Positions 16,288 through 24,178 of a stretch of DNA of 32,000 bases are shown here, piece by piece. Each line of letters starts with the position of its first letter. Position 1 is the stretch's first letter. The stretch is from Clostridium collagenovorans DSM 3089 (lineage in GTDB: Bacteria > Bacillota > Clostridia > Clostridiales > Clostridiaceae): the NCBI RefSeq assembly GCF_900130005.1, contig NZ_FQXP01000003.1, positions 59,643 through 91,642 of the forward strand, in the 5' to 3' direction. The notes under the pieces were generated by a model that saw only the letters and a program-made list of their open reading frames with translations, made no database searches and had not been told where the DNA came from. Both the position numbers and the translations under genes were made by a program.

Positions 16288-16827
16288 ATGATATTTTGTA
16301 AAACAGGAGAATTAACTATTCGTAGTTTAGAACTCTCGGATAAGCAGTTTTTAGTAAAATGGCTTTCAGATATCCATGTTCTTGAATATTATGGTGGAAG
16401 AGACAATCCATATGATGAAAATATGGTGGAAAAGAAATTCTACACTAGTAGTAATAAAACAAGATGTATAATTGAGTACTCGAATGATCCCATTGGTTAT
16501 ATTCAATTTTATCATATCAGTAAAGAAGAATATGAGGAATATGGTTATACCGGTATTCATAAAATTATTTATGGAACAGATCAATTTATTGGAGAAACTA
16601 AATACTGGGGACAAGGCATAGGGACAATGGTAATGAAAGAAATGGTAAATTTCTTAATAACAGAAATGGATACACAGAAGATAGTCTTAGACCCACAAGA
16701 TAGAAATAAGAGAGCAATTAGCTGTTATGAAAAAAGTGGGTTTAAAAAAGTGAAAATTCTTCCGAAGCATGAATTGCATGAAGGGAATTTACAAGATTGT
16801 TGGTTAATGGAATATAATGTGTTGTAA
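16288..16827 (+). CDS. GNAT N-acetyltransferase closely resembling the AAC(6')-Ie aminoglycoside 6'-N-acetyltransferase domain
   Basis: Blocks match my recollection of AAC(6')-Ie: LVKWLSDIHVLEYYGGRD vs MLKWLTDERVLEFYGGRD, IIEYSNDPIGYIQFY vs IIEYNNVPIGYGQIY, GTDQFIGETKYWGQGIG vs GMDQFIGEPNYWSKGIG, and LDPQDRNKRAISCYEKSGF...LPKHELHEGNLQDCWLMEY vs LDPHKNNPRAIRAYQKSGF...LPEHELHEGKKEDCYLMEY. Confidence 0.8.
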   Translation: MIFCKTGELTIRSLELSDKQFLVKWLSDIHVLEYYGGRDNPYDENMVEKKFYTSSNKTRCIIEYSNDPIGYIQFYHISKEEYEEYGYTGIHKIIYGTDQFIGETKYWGQGIGTMVMKEMVNFLITEMDTQKIVLDPQDRNKRAISCYEKSGFKKVKILPKHELHEGNLQDCWLMEYNVL

Positions 16828-16878
16828 TGTAATTATAATAAAAGCAATGGTTATATTTGAAATAAATGATTAAATTAT

Positions 16879-17028
16879 GGTAGGATTGATATAATTAGTT
16901 CATCTGAATCAAGGAAATCTATAGAAGTAGCAAAAAAAATATTACACCTATTAGATTATAAAATAATATAGGAAAAAACAGAATTAAATGTAGATAAAAT
17001 TAAAGAGTTAAGTAAAGAAAATTTTTAA
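16879..17028 (+). pseudogene. Degenerate ORF remnant with an in-frame TAG (..SIEVAKKILHLLDYKII*EKTELNVDKIKELSKENF*), possibly the C-terminal tail of a lost gene
   Basis: No start codon or RBS is present. An internal stop lies at 16969-16971, yet the frame ends exactly at an intact terminator hairpin. The resemblance to the repeated HTH-like tails of Rpn/transposase-like proteins is only an impression. Confidence 0.3.
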
Positions 17029-17056
17029 GATAGGTGATGAATCTATCTTATTTTTT
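17026..17056 (+). terminator. Orphan rho-independent terminator after the ORF remnant
   Basis: TAAGATAG (17026-17033) pairs with CTATCTTA (17043-17050), followed by T6. Confidence 0.55.
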
Positions 17057-17204
17057 ATCCATAAATTTAGTTTTATAATTAAGAAAATAGTGTTAAGTTA
17101 CTATAACTAATACAATTAATATCATGGTAATTTCAGTGTATAATGGTAACTATATGAAATTATAAAATTAAAACAAAAATGGTTGAAAGCCTTATAAACT
17201 GTGG

Positions 17205-17224
17205 ATGTAAAAGAATTTTTACAT
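17205..17224. promoter_or_regulatory. Palindromic operator candidate ATGTAAAA-GAAT-TTTTACAT upstream of the XRE gene (degenerate second copy near 17238-17256)
   Basis: 8-bp inverted arms read directly, about 80 bp upstream of the XRE start codon. Confidence 0.35.
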
Positions 17225-17303
17225 AGAAAAATCCTATTGTAAAAGCATTTTGATAGATTAATAACTTTAAATATGAGAAGGTATTAGTGAAAGGAGAAGT
17301 ATT

Positions 17304-17711
17304 ATGGATGTTGGAAAAAAAATAAAGGATGCACGAGTAAAGTCTGGATTAACTCAAGAAAAAGTAGCAGAAAAAATAGAAGTTTCTAGGCAAACAATAT
17401 CAAATTGGGAGAATGAAAAGTCTTATCCAGATATCATAAGTGTAATAAGATTGAGTGATATCTATAGTATTAGTTTAGATGAACTGTTGAAAGGAGACTC
17501 TGATATGATGAAATATTTGGAGGATAGTACGGATGTTGTTAGTAGTAATAAAAAGTTACTAATGGCTATTGGCGTCAATTGTTTACTATTTATTTTGTTT
17601 ATATTTTTCAATGGTATTATAGGGAAAAATACTTATCTAATGATAGGTAGTGTGACTTTAGGAATTCTAAGTACAACGGCATTATTCTATCAAGTAATTA
17701 AGAAGTTTTAG
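17304..17711 (+). CDS. XRE-family HTH regulator with a C-terminal two-TM membrane anchor
   Basis: HTH_3 signature GLTQEKVAEKIEVSRQTISNWENEKSYPDI, followed by two hydrophobic helices. Confidence 0.85.
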   Translation: MDVGKKIKDARVKSGLTQEKVAEKIEVSRQTISNWENEKSYPDIISVIRLSDIYSISLDELLKGDSDMMKYLEDSTDVVSSNKKLLMAIGVNCLLFILFIFFNGIIGKNTYLMIGSVTLGILSTTALFYQVIKKF

Positions 17712-17720
17712 GGGGATATT

Positions 17721-18038
17721 ATGTGGTATTTAATTATAGTTATTTTTGTGGCAATGTTAGGGGCTTCAACTCTTGCTTATCAAGTTTATAAGATGACAGA
17801 ACTTGATGCTGAGTGCAGGGGATTAAAACATCCGAAGTTCTGGGGAATTTTTTCATTAAGCGGACAAGGATCTGGAGGATTACTACTATATTTAATTGGG
17901 AGAAGAAAGTATCCTTCATCTATGAGCAATTCTGATAAACTTATAATGGAATCAAGAAAAAAGAAAGCAGCTGTTTCATTAACTTTTCTAGCAGTATCAA
18001 CTATTCTTTTATTTACAATTTGTATTTTAAAATTTTAA
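17721..18038 (+). CDS. Small three-TM membrane protein (PLDc_N/DUF-like LYLIGRRK motif)
   Basis: Hydrophobic helices and a GLLLYLIGRRKYP motif. It starts 9 nt after the XRE gene, so it is probably co-transcribed. Confidence 0.55.
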   Translation: MWYLIIVIFVAMLGASTLAYQVYKMTELDAECRGLKHPKFWGIFSLSGQGSGGLLLYLIGRRKYPSSMSNSDKLIMESRKKKAAVSLTFLAVSTILLFTICILKF

Positions 18039-18182
18039 GTATAGGTTAAAAAAACTAGTATATATTTTACTATATGAAACAATATGAGAAAAACCTTATA
18101 TAAACCTTAAAGATAACCGAAAATCAGTGTATAATAGTAAATAAATATAAAAGGTAAAAGTAAGTGAAAATGGGGTGAAGAT

Positions 18183-18638
18183 GTGAAATTAGCAGAAGCA
18201 TTAAACTTAAGAGCGGATTTACAAAGAAGAATTGCATCTTTAAAAGAAAGATTAATAAAAAATGCGAAGGTTCAAGAAGGTGATACACCAGCTGAAGATC
18301 CAAAGGTACTTTTAAAAGAACTAGATAATAATATAGTAGAACTAGAAAATATTATAAAGGCAATAAACAAAACTAATAGTTCTACCTATGTGGAAAATGA
18401 GAGTATAGCAGATCTTATAGCCAAAAGAGATGCATTAGGGTTAAAATTATCAGTTTTAAGAGGATTTTTAAGTGAGGCCTCAGACAAAGTTGAGAGATAT
18501 TCCAATAAAGAAATAAAGGTTTTAAGTACAATAAATGTAGCAGAAAAACAAAAAGAAATAGATAAACTTTCAAAGGAATATAGATTGTTAGATACAACAT
18601 TGCAAGGATTAAATTGGACAACTGATTTAATAGAATAA
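18183..18638 (+). CDS. DIP1984-family (septicolysin-like) protein
   Basis: MKLAEALNLRADLQRRIASLKERL...AEDP...LNWTTDLIE matches the characteristic N- and C-termini of the family. GTG start. Confidence 0.75.
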   Translation: MKLAEALNLRADLQRRIASLKERLIKNAKVQEGDTPAEDPKVLLKELDNNIVELENIIKAINKTNSSTYVENESIADLIAKRDALGLKLSVLRGFLSEASDKVERYSNKEIKVLSTINVAEKQKEIDKLSKEYRLLDTTLQGLNWTTDLIE

Positions 18639-18904
18639 AATTCAGATGGTAATTTATAAGGGTGAACATAAACTCTGCTAATTGAGATGTGAATTAGCTC
18701 AAGATGAGCATATACGGAACCAATGTGCAAATAGTAAAAGATGAGTTCAGTAATGTTACAAGGGTAAAGTTAAGTATTAATGTTAAAACCGTATGTTAAC
18801 TTATAAATGAGGGTGGGATGGGGGACTTAATAGTATAAATAAAGTAAATATGGCTTATATATTAAGTGGAAGATGTAAATATACTATATTGAATTAATTA
18901 AAAT

Positions 18905-18944
18905 AGCCTCTAGAGTATGTATAATTTAACATACTCTAGAGGTT
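18905..18944. terminator. Very strong orphan hairpin (14-16 bp, CCTCTAGAGTATGT / ACATACTCTAGAGG)
   Basis: Arms at 18907-18920 and 18929-18942 with an 8-nt loop, flanked by A-rich and T-rich sequence. It lies 270 nt from the nearest CDS end. Confidence 0.55.
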
Positions 18945-19041
18945 ATTTTATATTTTCATATATTCATTTAAATCAATTAAGTATAATAAGATAAAATAAC
19001 TTAATACATATTTTTAAGCTTTAAATAATAAGGAGAATCTT

Positions 19042-19095
19042 ATGAGTTTATTAAAAAAATATTTTAATAATAAAGGACAAGTGAAAACAAATTAA
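19042..19095 (+). CDS. Candidate 17-aa small ORF MSLLKKYFNNKGQVKTN
   Basis: AAGGAG RBS 6 nt upstream of the ATG, a possible TATAAT at 18985-18990, and a hairpin at 19181-19221 downstream. There is no homology evidence. Confidence 0.2.
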   Translation: MSLLKKYFNNKGQVKTN

Positions 19096-19338
19096 AATGT
19101 ATTTACTAAAATTATATATGAATAATAGATAACCAATATAGAAATAAATCCTTAGGCATAATTTAATAGTGCTTATAAGAAAACTAAAGTGTACCTATAA
19201 GTACATGTTTTTCTTTAGTTTAATTTTCTAATAAACTTTCGATGATTTTTTAGATGTGATTTGAAAACTTTAAAGTGTGAAATGAAAGCTTTGGCATAAA
19301 GGAAATTACTATTTAAAAGCTACTTGTGGTTGTCAATT

Positions 19339-19367
19339 TTGCTACATTAGGTTGGTAGAAATATACT
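19339..19367 (+). promoter_or_regulatory. Promoter candidate TTGCTA-N17-TATACT, with the TATACTGAT box repeated 17 nt downstream (19362-19370 and 19379-19387)
   Basis: Read directly. The repeat overlapping -10/+1 could be an autoregulatory operator of the XRE gene. Confidence 0.4.
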
Positions 19368-19404
19368 GATAATAATAGTATACTGATTTTAGAGGTGATT
19401 AAGA

Positions 19405-20088
19405 ATGAGTTTTCATGAGCAGGTTCAAACATTAAGAAAATCAAGAGGGTTATCTCAAGAAAAATTAGCTGAAATAATAGGTATTTCAAGACAAGCTGTT
19501 GCAAAGTGGGAAGTTGGACAATCATATCCGGATATTGCTAAGCTAATTGCATTAAGTGATTTTTTTAATGTAAGCATAGATAAATTGGTAAATGACTATG
19601 AAGAGAATTGTCATTTATGTATAGAGCCAAGTAAAGTCAGTAGTATAAATGAAGAAGTTATAGATTTTTTATGTAGAGCTAAAAAGTCAACATATTCGGG
19701 AAATGGTCTGGAAAGTAAATCTTCAAGACCTAGCTCACATGATTTTGAATATATAGAAGGTGAATTTAAATATATTGATACATATTTAGGAGGAGAACAA
19801 TTTTCAGGAGAGGAAGCTTTGTGGAAAAATGATACTCCATTATGGTCAATGAATTATGTAGGCAGAATTTTAGATGAAGCATTTTCAGTGAAGTTTTTAA
19901 AAGAGGTTTTAAATTTAGTATCTAGAGATTATCCTTACCGAGGCCCAATTATATATGAAAAGGGTCAGTACAAATATCATTGTATTATTAATGGAGAATT
20001 TGATTGGTTTCAAGGGTATGAAGAAATATATTTTAATAATAGTAAAGTTTATGAATGTTTTTTTCATGGTGGATCAATTAAATTATAA
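19405..20088 (+). CDS. XRE-family HTH regulator fused to a DUF5680-like C-terminal domain
   Basis: HTH GLSQEKLAEIIGISRQAVAKWEVGQSYPDI. The C-terminal part YIDTYLGGEQFSGEE..LWSMNYVGR is typical of DUF5680. Confidence 0.75.
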   Translation: MSFHEQVQTLRKSRGLSQEKLAEIIGISRQAVAKWEVGQSYPDIAKLIALSDFFNVSIDKLVNDYEENCHLCIEPSKVSSINEEVIDFLCRAKKSTYSGNGLESKSSRPSSHDFEYIEGEFKYIDTYLGGEQFSGEEALWKNDTPLWSMNYVGRILDEAFSVKFLKEVLNLVSRDYPYRGPIIYEKGQYKYHCIINGEFDWFQGYEEIYFNNSKVYECFFHGGSIKL

Positions 20089-20109
20089 ATAAATGGAGGA
20101 TATTTTATT

Positions 20110-20976
20110 ATGTTAAATAGAAATGATAATTGTTGGTGTGAAAGTGGTCTGAAATATAAAAAATGTCATTTAGAATTTGATAAAAAATTAAGAGATTTAA
20201 GGAGTAAGGGGTATATTACACCAGGTATAGAACTTATAAAAACTAAGAAACAAATTGAAGGTATAAAAGAAAGTGCAAAGATTAACAATGGACTTTTAGA
20301 TTTGATTGGTGAGAAGATTAGAGTAGGTATGACGACTCAAGAAATAGATGATTTAGCATATAACTATACCATATCTAATGGTGGAATTCCTGCACCGTTA
20401 AATTATGATGGATTCCCTAAAAGTATTTGTACATCAATAAATAATGAAGTATGTCACGGGATACCCAGTAAAGATGTAATACTTAAAAGTGGAGATATTA
20501 TAAACGTGGATGCAACAACGATATTTAATGGATACTATTCAGATGCATCAAGAATGTTTATGATTGGACAGGTAAGTGATGCTGCTAGAAAATTAGTTGA
20601 AGTAACTAAGGAATGCTTAGCAATAGGTATAAGTGAGGTTAAACCTTGGGGTTTTTTAGGGGATATAGGAGCTGCAATTCAAGAATATGCTGAGAGTAGA
20701 GGTTATTCAGTAGTTAGAGAATTTGGAGGACATGGTGTTGGATTAGATATTCATGAGGAGCCATTTATTAATCATTTTGGAAAAAGAGGAACAGATATGA
20801 TTTTAGTACCTGGTATGGTATTTACAATTGAACCTATGATAAATATAGGGGGTCATGAGGTCTTTGTAGATGAAGATAATGGATGGACTGCTATTACAAA
20901 GGATGGGTCTCTTTCAGCACAATGGGAGCATACAGTTCTTGTAACTGAGGATGGGATAGAGATAATATCACAATAA
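20110..20976 (+). CDS. map: Type I methionine aminopeptidase with an N-terminal SEC-C zinc motif
   Basis: SEC-C motif NDNCWCESGLKYKKCH. MAP metal ligands lie in the contexts DVILKSGDIINVD, YYSDASRMF, FGGHGVG, FTIEPM and QWEHTV. Confidence 0.9.
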   Translation: MLNRNDNCWCESGLKYKKCHLEFDKKLRDLRSKGYITPGIELIKTKKQIEGIKESAKINNGLLDLIGEKIRVGMTTQEIDDLAYNYTISNGGIPAPLNYDGFPKSICTSINNEVCHGIPSKDVILKSGDIINVDATTIFNGYYSDASRMFMIGQVSDAARKLVEVTKECLAIGISEVKPWGFLGDIGAAIQEYAESRGYSVVREFGGHGVGLDIHEEPFINHFGKRGTDMILVPGMVFTIEPMINIGGHEVFVDEDNGWTAITKDGSLSAQWEHTVLVTEDGIEIISQ

Positions 20977-21126
20977 AGATGGATAACTTATTGTTATCTT
21001 AAAGACGAAAAGCTTTCTCTTTTACAAAAGTAATTTAGAAGTTAAATATTATGGTATAAGAATAATTAGACTTGAGGAAAAAAGTTATAATTTAAATAAA
21101 TAATGATACAGGGGATATGCGAGTAA

Positions 21127-21636
21127 ATGGTAGAGTATGAAAATAGAGAGGAACTTATTTCAGAGATTTCAAAGCGTGCAAAACTATTTATTAAAGAGTT
21201 TAATGATATTGATGAAAAGTATAAGGACAAGTTAATTGAAGGTGTGGATAGAACTCCAGCCCAAATGATTTCATACCAGTTAGGATGGATGAATCTAATA
21301 CTTGATTGGGAAAATAAAGAAAACCAAGGGGAAGTCGTAATTACACCAACACCAGATTATAAGTGGAATAAGCTTGGTGGATTATATGAAAGTTTTTATG
21401 AAGAATATAATAAGTATACGCTTAAAGAACTATGTGCTATGTTTATAGAAACAGAGTACAAAATTATTAATTTAATTAATAACTATACAGATATTGAGCT
21501 ATTTCAGTCAGAAGGGAGAAAATGGGCATCATCAACACCTTCTAATTGGCCAATATGGAAATGGATTCACATAAATACCGTTGCTCCCTTTAAAACTTTC
21601 AGGAGCAAAATAAGAAAGTGGAAGAAATCTATTTAA
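21127..21636 (+). CDS. ClbS/DfsB-family four-helix-bundle protein (DUF1706)
   Basis: Collinear by eye with E. coli ClbS (..EELI..I.....L..E......TPAQMISYQLGWMNLILDWE..E..G......P.YKWN.LG.L...FY..Y). Size is 169 aa. Confidence 0.75.
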   Translation: MVEYENREELISEISKRAKLFIKEFNDIDEKYKDKLIEGVDRTPAQMISYQLGWMNLILDWENKENQGEVVITPTPDYKWNKLGGLYESFYEEYNKYTLKELCAMFIETEYKIINLINNYTDIELFQSEGRKWASSTPSNWPIWKWIHINTVAPFKTFRSKIRKWKKSI

Positions 21637-21782
21637 GGGAATTGATTAAATATGGTATGTAAAACATTAGATTGATTAATTTGAAAAATAAGGATATAAT
21701 TATCTAATAATTCCAAAGTCTATAAGTCGTGTCTGATTAGCAAAGATGAAAGATCATATCTTAACAATTTGGAGGTATAGTT

Positions 21783-23039
21783 ATGAATAATCCGGTATTT
21801 AAAAATAAATTAATTGAAGATTTAGAAAATAAACTTGAACATAATCAAAGTGAGGCTGTAAATGAATTTTTACAATATATTCAAGACAATGGGACGCCTT
21901 TGATAGAAAAAATTGAAGGGGACAATGATAATTCCTTGGTTACTTTTATCTATAGTGCTGAAAAACAATTTGAAAGCGTATTAATATTTACTAGTTTTCT
22001 ATTTGATTTTGCGAGTGAAATAGAAAAATATAAACTTAAACAGATAAAAAACACAAACTTATGGTATATAACTTTTAAAGTTATGAATGATATAAGATAT
22101 GTATATACTTTTATTCCTAATGAATGTGAAGAAATTGAATTTGAAAAGGTTTGGGAAAATAAGGAGTATGATAAGTTTAATGAAAAGAAATTTATTTGGG
22201 AAGGCATAGATAATGGAAAGGATTTAATATATAGTTATGTTGAAATGCCGAAGGCTAAGGAAGACTTTTGGATTAAAGAAAGAATAGATATTAATAAAGG
22301 TACCATTGAAAATTATAAGTTTGAAAGTATAAATTTCAATTCACCTCGAAACATAGATGTATATATACCTCATGAATACAATAGAGATATGACTGAATAT
22401 AAATTTATTGTTTTTACTGATGGTACTGCATATACTGATAAACTTTCAGCTAAAAATGTATTAGATAATCTAATAGCAGATAAAAAAATCCCACCAGTAG
22501 TTAGTATATTTGTTGATTCTGAAAGTGAAAGTAGGAGAGAAGAACTGAGATGTAGTGATAAGTTTTGTGCTATCATAGTTAATGAAATACTTCCATGGAT
22601 AAGAAAAAAATATAAAATTTCAAATAATCCTGAAGATGCTATAATAGCTGGACTTAGTCTTGGAGGATTAACTGCATCTTATATGGGATTAAAACATTCT
22701 GAGACCTTTGGAAACATAATCTCACAGTCAGGCTCTTATTGGTACATACCTGTTGATGAGGAAGAAAAATTTAATAATAATAAAGAGAATAATGATTGCT
22801 GGATGAGTCTTCAGTTTAAGTCCGTAGATAAACTTCCACTTAAGTTTTATATTGAGGTTGGTATTATTGAAAAGCACAATATGAGAAAGAATAATTCTAA
22901 CTTAAAAGATACTTTAATCTCTAAAGGGTATGATGTAAACTTTGAAGTATTTAAAGGTGGACATGATTATTTATGTTGGGGAGAAAATTTAGCTAATGCT
23001 TTGATTTCAATTTTAAATGTTAATGAGATAGCCTTGTAA
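21783..23039 (+). CDS. Enterochelin-esterase-like alpha/beta hydrolase (Fes/IroD-type N-domain plus esterase-D fold)
   Basis: Nucleophile elbow GLSLGG, a late GGHDY histidine context, and an N-terminal beta-rich domain with the SLVTFIY pattern typical of Fes-like esterases. Confidence 0.7.
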   Translation: MNNPVFKNKLIEDLENKLEHNQSEAVNEFLQYIQDNGTPLIEKIEGDNDNSLVTFIYSAEKQFESVLIFTSFLFDFASEIEKYKLKQIKNTNLWYITFKVMNDIRYVYTFIPNECEEIEFEKVWENKEYDKFNEKKFIWEGIDNGKDLIYSYVEMPKAKEDFWIKERIDINKGTIENYKFESINFNSPRNIDVYIPHEYNRDMTEYKFIVFTDGTAYTDKLSAKNVLDNLIADKKIPPVVSIFVDSESESRREELRCSDKFCAIIVNEILPWIRKKYKISNNPEDAIIAGLSLGGLTASYMGLKHSETFGNIISQSGSYWYIPVDEEEKFNNNKENNDCWMSLQFKSVDKLPLKFYIEVGIIEKHNMRKNNSNLKDTLISKGYDVNFEVFKGGHDYLCWGENLANALISILNVNEIAL

Positions 23040-23055
23040 TTCAAGGCTATTTTTT
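23028..23055 (+). terminator. Terminator overlapping the esterase stop codon
   Basis: ATAGCCTTG-TAATT-CAAGGCTAT followed by T5. Confidence 0.75.
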
Positions 23056-23181
23056 ATAGTCAAAACTCTTGAGCGTTGCATAATATATAGATGATTAATA
23101 AATAAGTTTGTTTATATATAGACAAAATTGAAAAATAACCATATAATTTATATAAAGTATTATATAAGGGGAGTTTATAAA

Positions 23182-23952
23182 ATGAGTGAAAGCAATAAGG
23201 AATTATTTTGGGATGCAACAATTGGAGAGGTTAAGAAGGGGTATATTGAATTAGAAGATGGTTATAAGTGTATAATTTGTGAAAAGGAATTTACAAAGGG
23301 AAGAATATATGAGATAAATTCCATTCTATATGATGCTAGAAAAGCTACAGAGCTTCATATAGAAGAAAGTCATGGTTCCACTTTAGAGTATTTACTTGGA
23401 ATGAATTCTAACTTTACAGGGGTATCGCAGGTACAACAAGAGGTTTTGGTGCTTATGGCATCAGGATTAAGTGATAAAGAAATTGCTACAAAGTTAGGAG
23501 TGGCACAGTCTACAATAAGGAATCATAGATATAAGTTACGTGAAAAAGAAAAGCAAGCTCGATTATTTTTAGCTATGATGGAATTAATATCATGTAATAC
23601 AAATAAAAAAATAAATAAATTAGATAAGGATACTTTATGTGATGCTCATAAAACGGCAACTACCTTAGATGATAGATATAATGTTACCGATAAAGAAAGA
23701 GAAACTACAATTAAAATCTATATGGATGAAAATGGGGCAATGAAGACTTTTCCATCTAAAGAAAAGAAGAAGCTAATAGTTTTATGTGAAGTGACTAAAA
23801 ACTTCTCAAAGGGTAAAAAATACTCTGAAAAAGAAATAAACAGAATCCTAAAAAGAATTTATGAGGATTACGCAACTATTAGAAGATCTCTTATAGAGTA
23901 CGGCTTTCTTGATCGTGCCAATGATTGCAGTAGCTATTGGGTAAAGGAATAA
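23182..23952 (+). CDS. LuxR/GerE-type HTH protein with a C-terminal DUF2087 domain
   Basis: GerE HTH LSDKEIATKLGVAQSTIRNHRYKLREK plus a DUF2087-like tail (FPSKEKKKLIVL...YSEKEINRIL...DYATIRRSLIEYGFL). ATG at 23182 follows AAGGGGAG; the track ORF starts at 23128. Confidence 0.75.
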   Translation: MSESNKELFWDATIGEVKKGYIELEDGYKCIICEKEFTKGRIYEINSILYDARKATELHIEESHGSTLEYLLGMNSNFTGVSQVQQEVLVLMASGLSDKEIATKLGVAQSTIRNHRYKLREKEKQARLFLAMMELISCNTNKKINKLDKDTLCDAHKTATTLDDRYNVTDKERETTIKIYMDENGAMKTFPSKEKKKLIVLCEVTKNFSKGKKYSEKEINRILKRIYEDYATIRRSLIEYGFLDRANDCSSYWVKE

Positions 23953-23965
23953 AAGAATATATAAG

Positions 23966-24008
23966 AAAACCTTAGAAAACTTTTCAAAGAAGTTTTCTAA
24001 GGTTTTTT
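23966..24008 (+). terminator. rho-independent terminator (17-bp stem)
   Basis: AAAACCTTAGAAAACTT (23966-23982) pairs with AAGTTTTCTAAGGTTTT (23990-24006). Confidence 0.85.
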
Positions 24009-24178
24009 AGCTTATATTTCTGTAATATATAGTTACACAAATTTACTATAAGGTTATTACTAATTTTATTGAGTAAAAGAAAAAATGACATATAGTATAG
24101 TTAGAAAATATACCACATAAAAACTGTATAGGTCAATATGATAATAGTTTTATTTTAAACTATTATCATGCATGCATT

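Noticed and set aside
18806-18828. G-rich tract GAGGGTGGGATGGGGGAC as a G-quadruplex or riboswitch core
   Set aside because: Only three G-runs of three or more are present, and I could not match the flanks to any riboswitch consensus I know. It is mentioned only as part of the unexplained 18.6-19.4 kb region.
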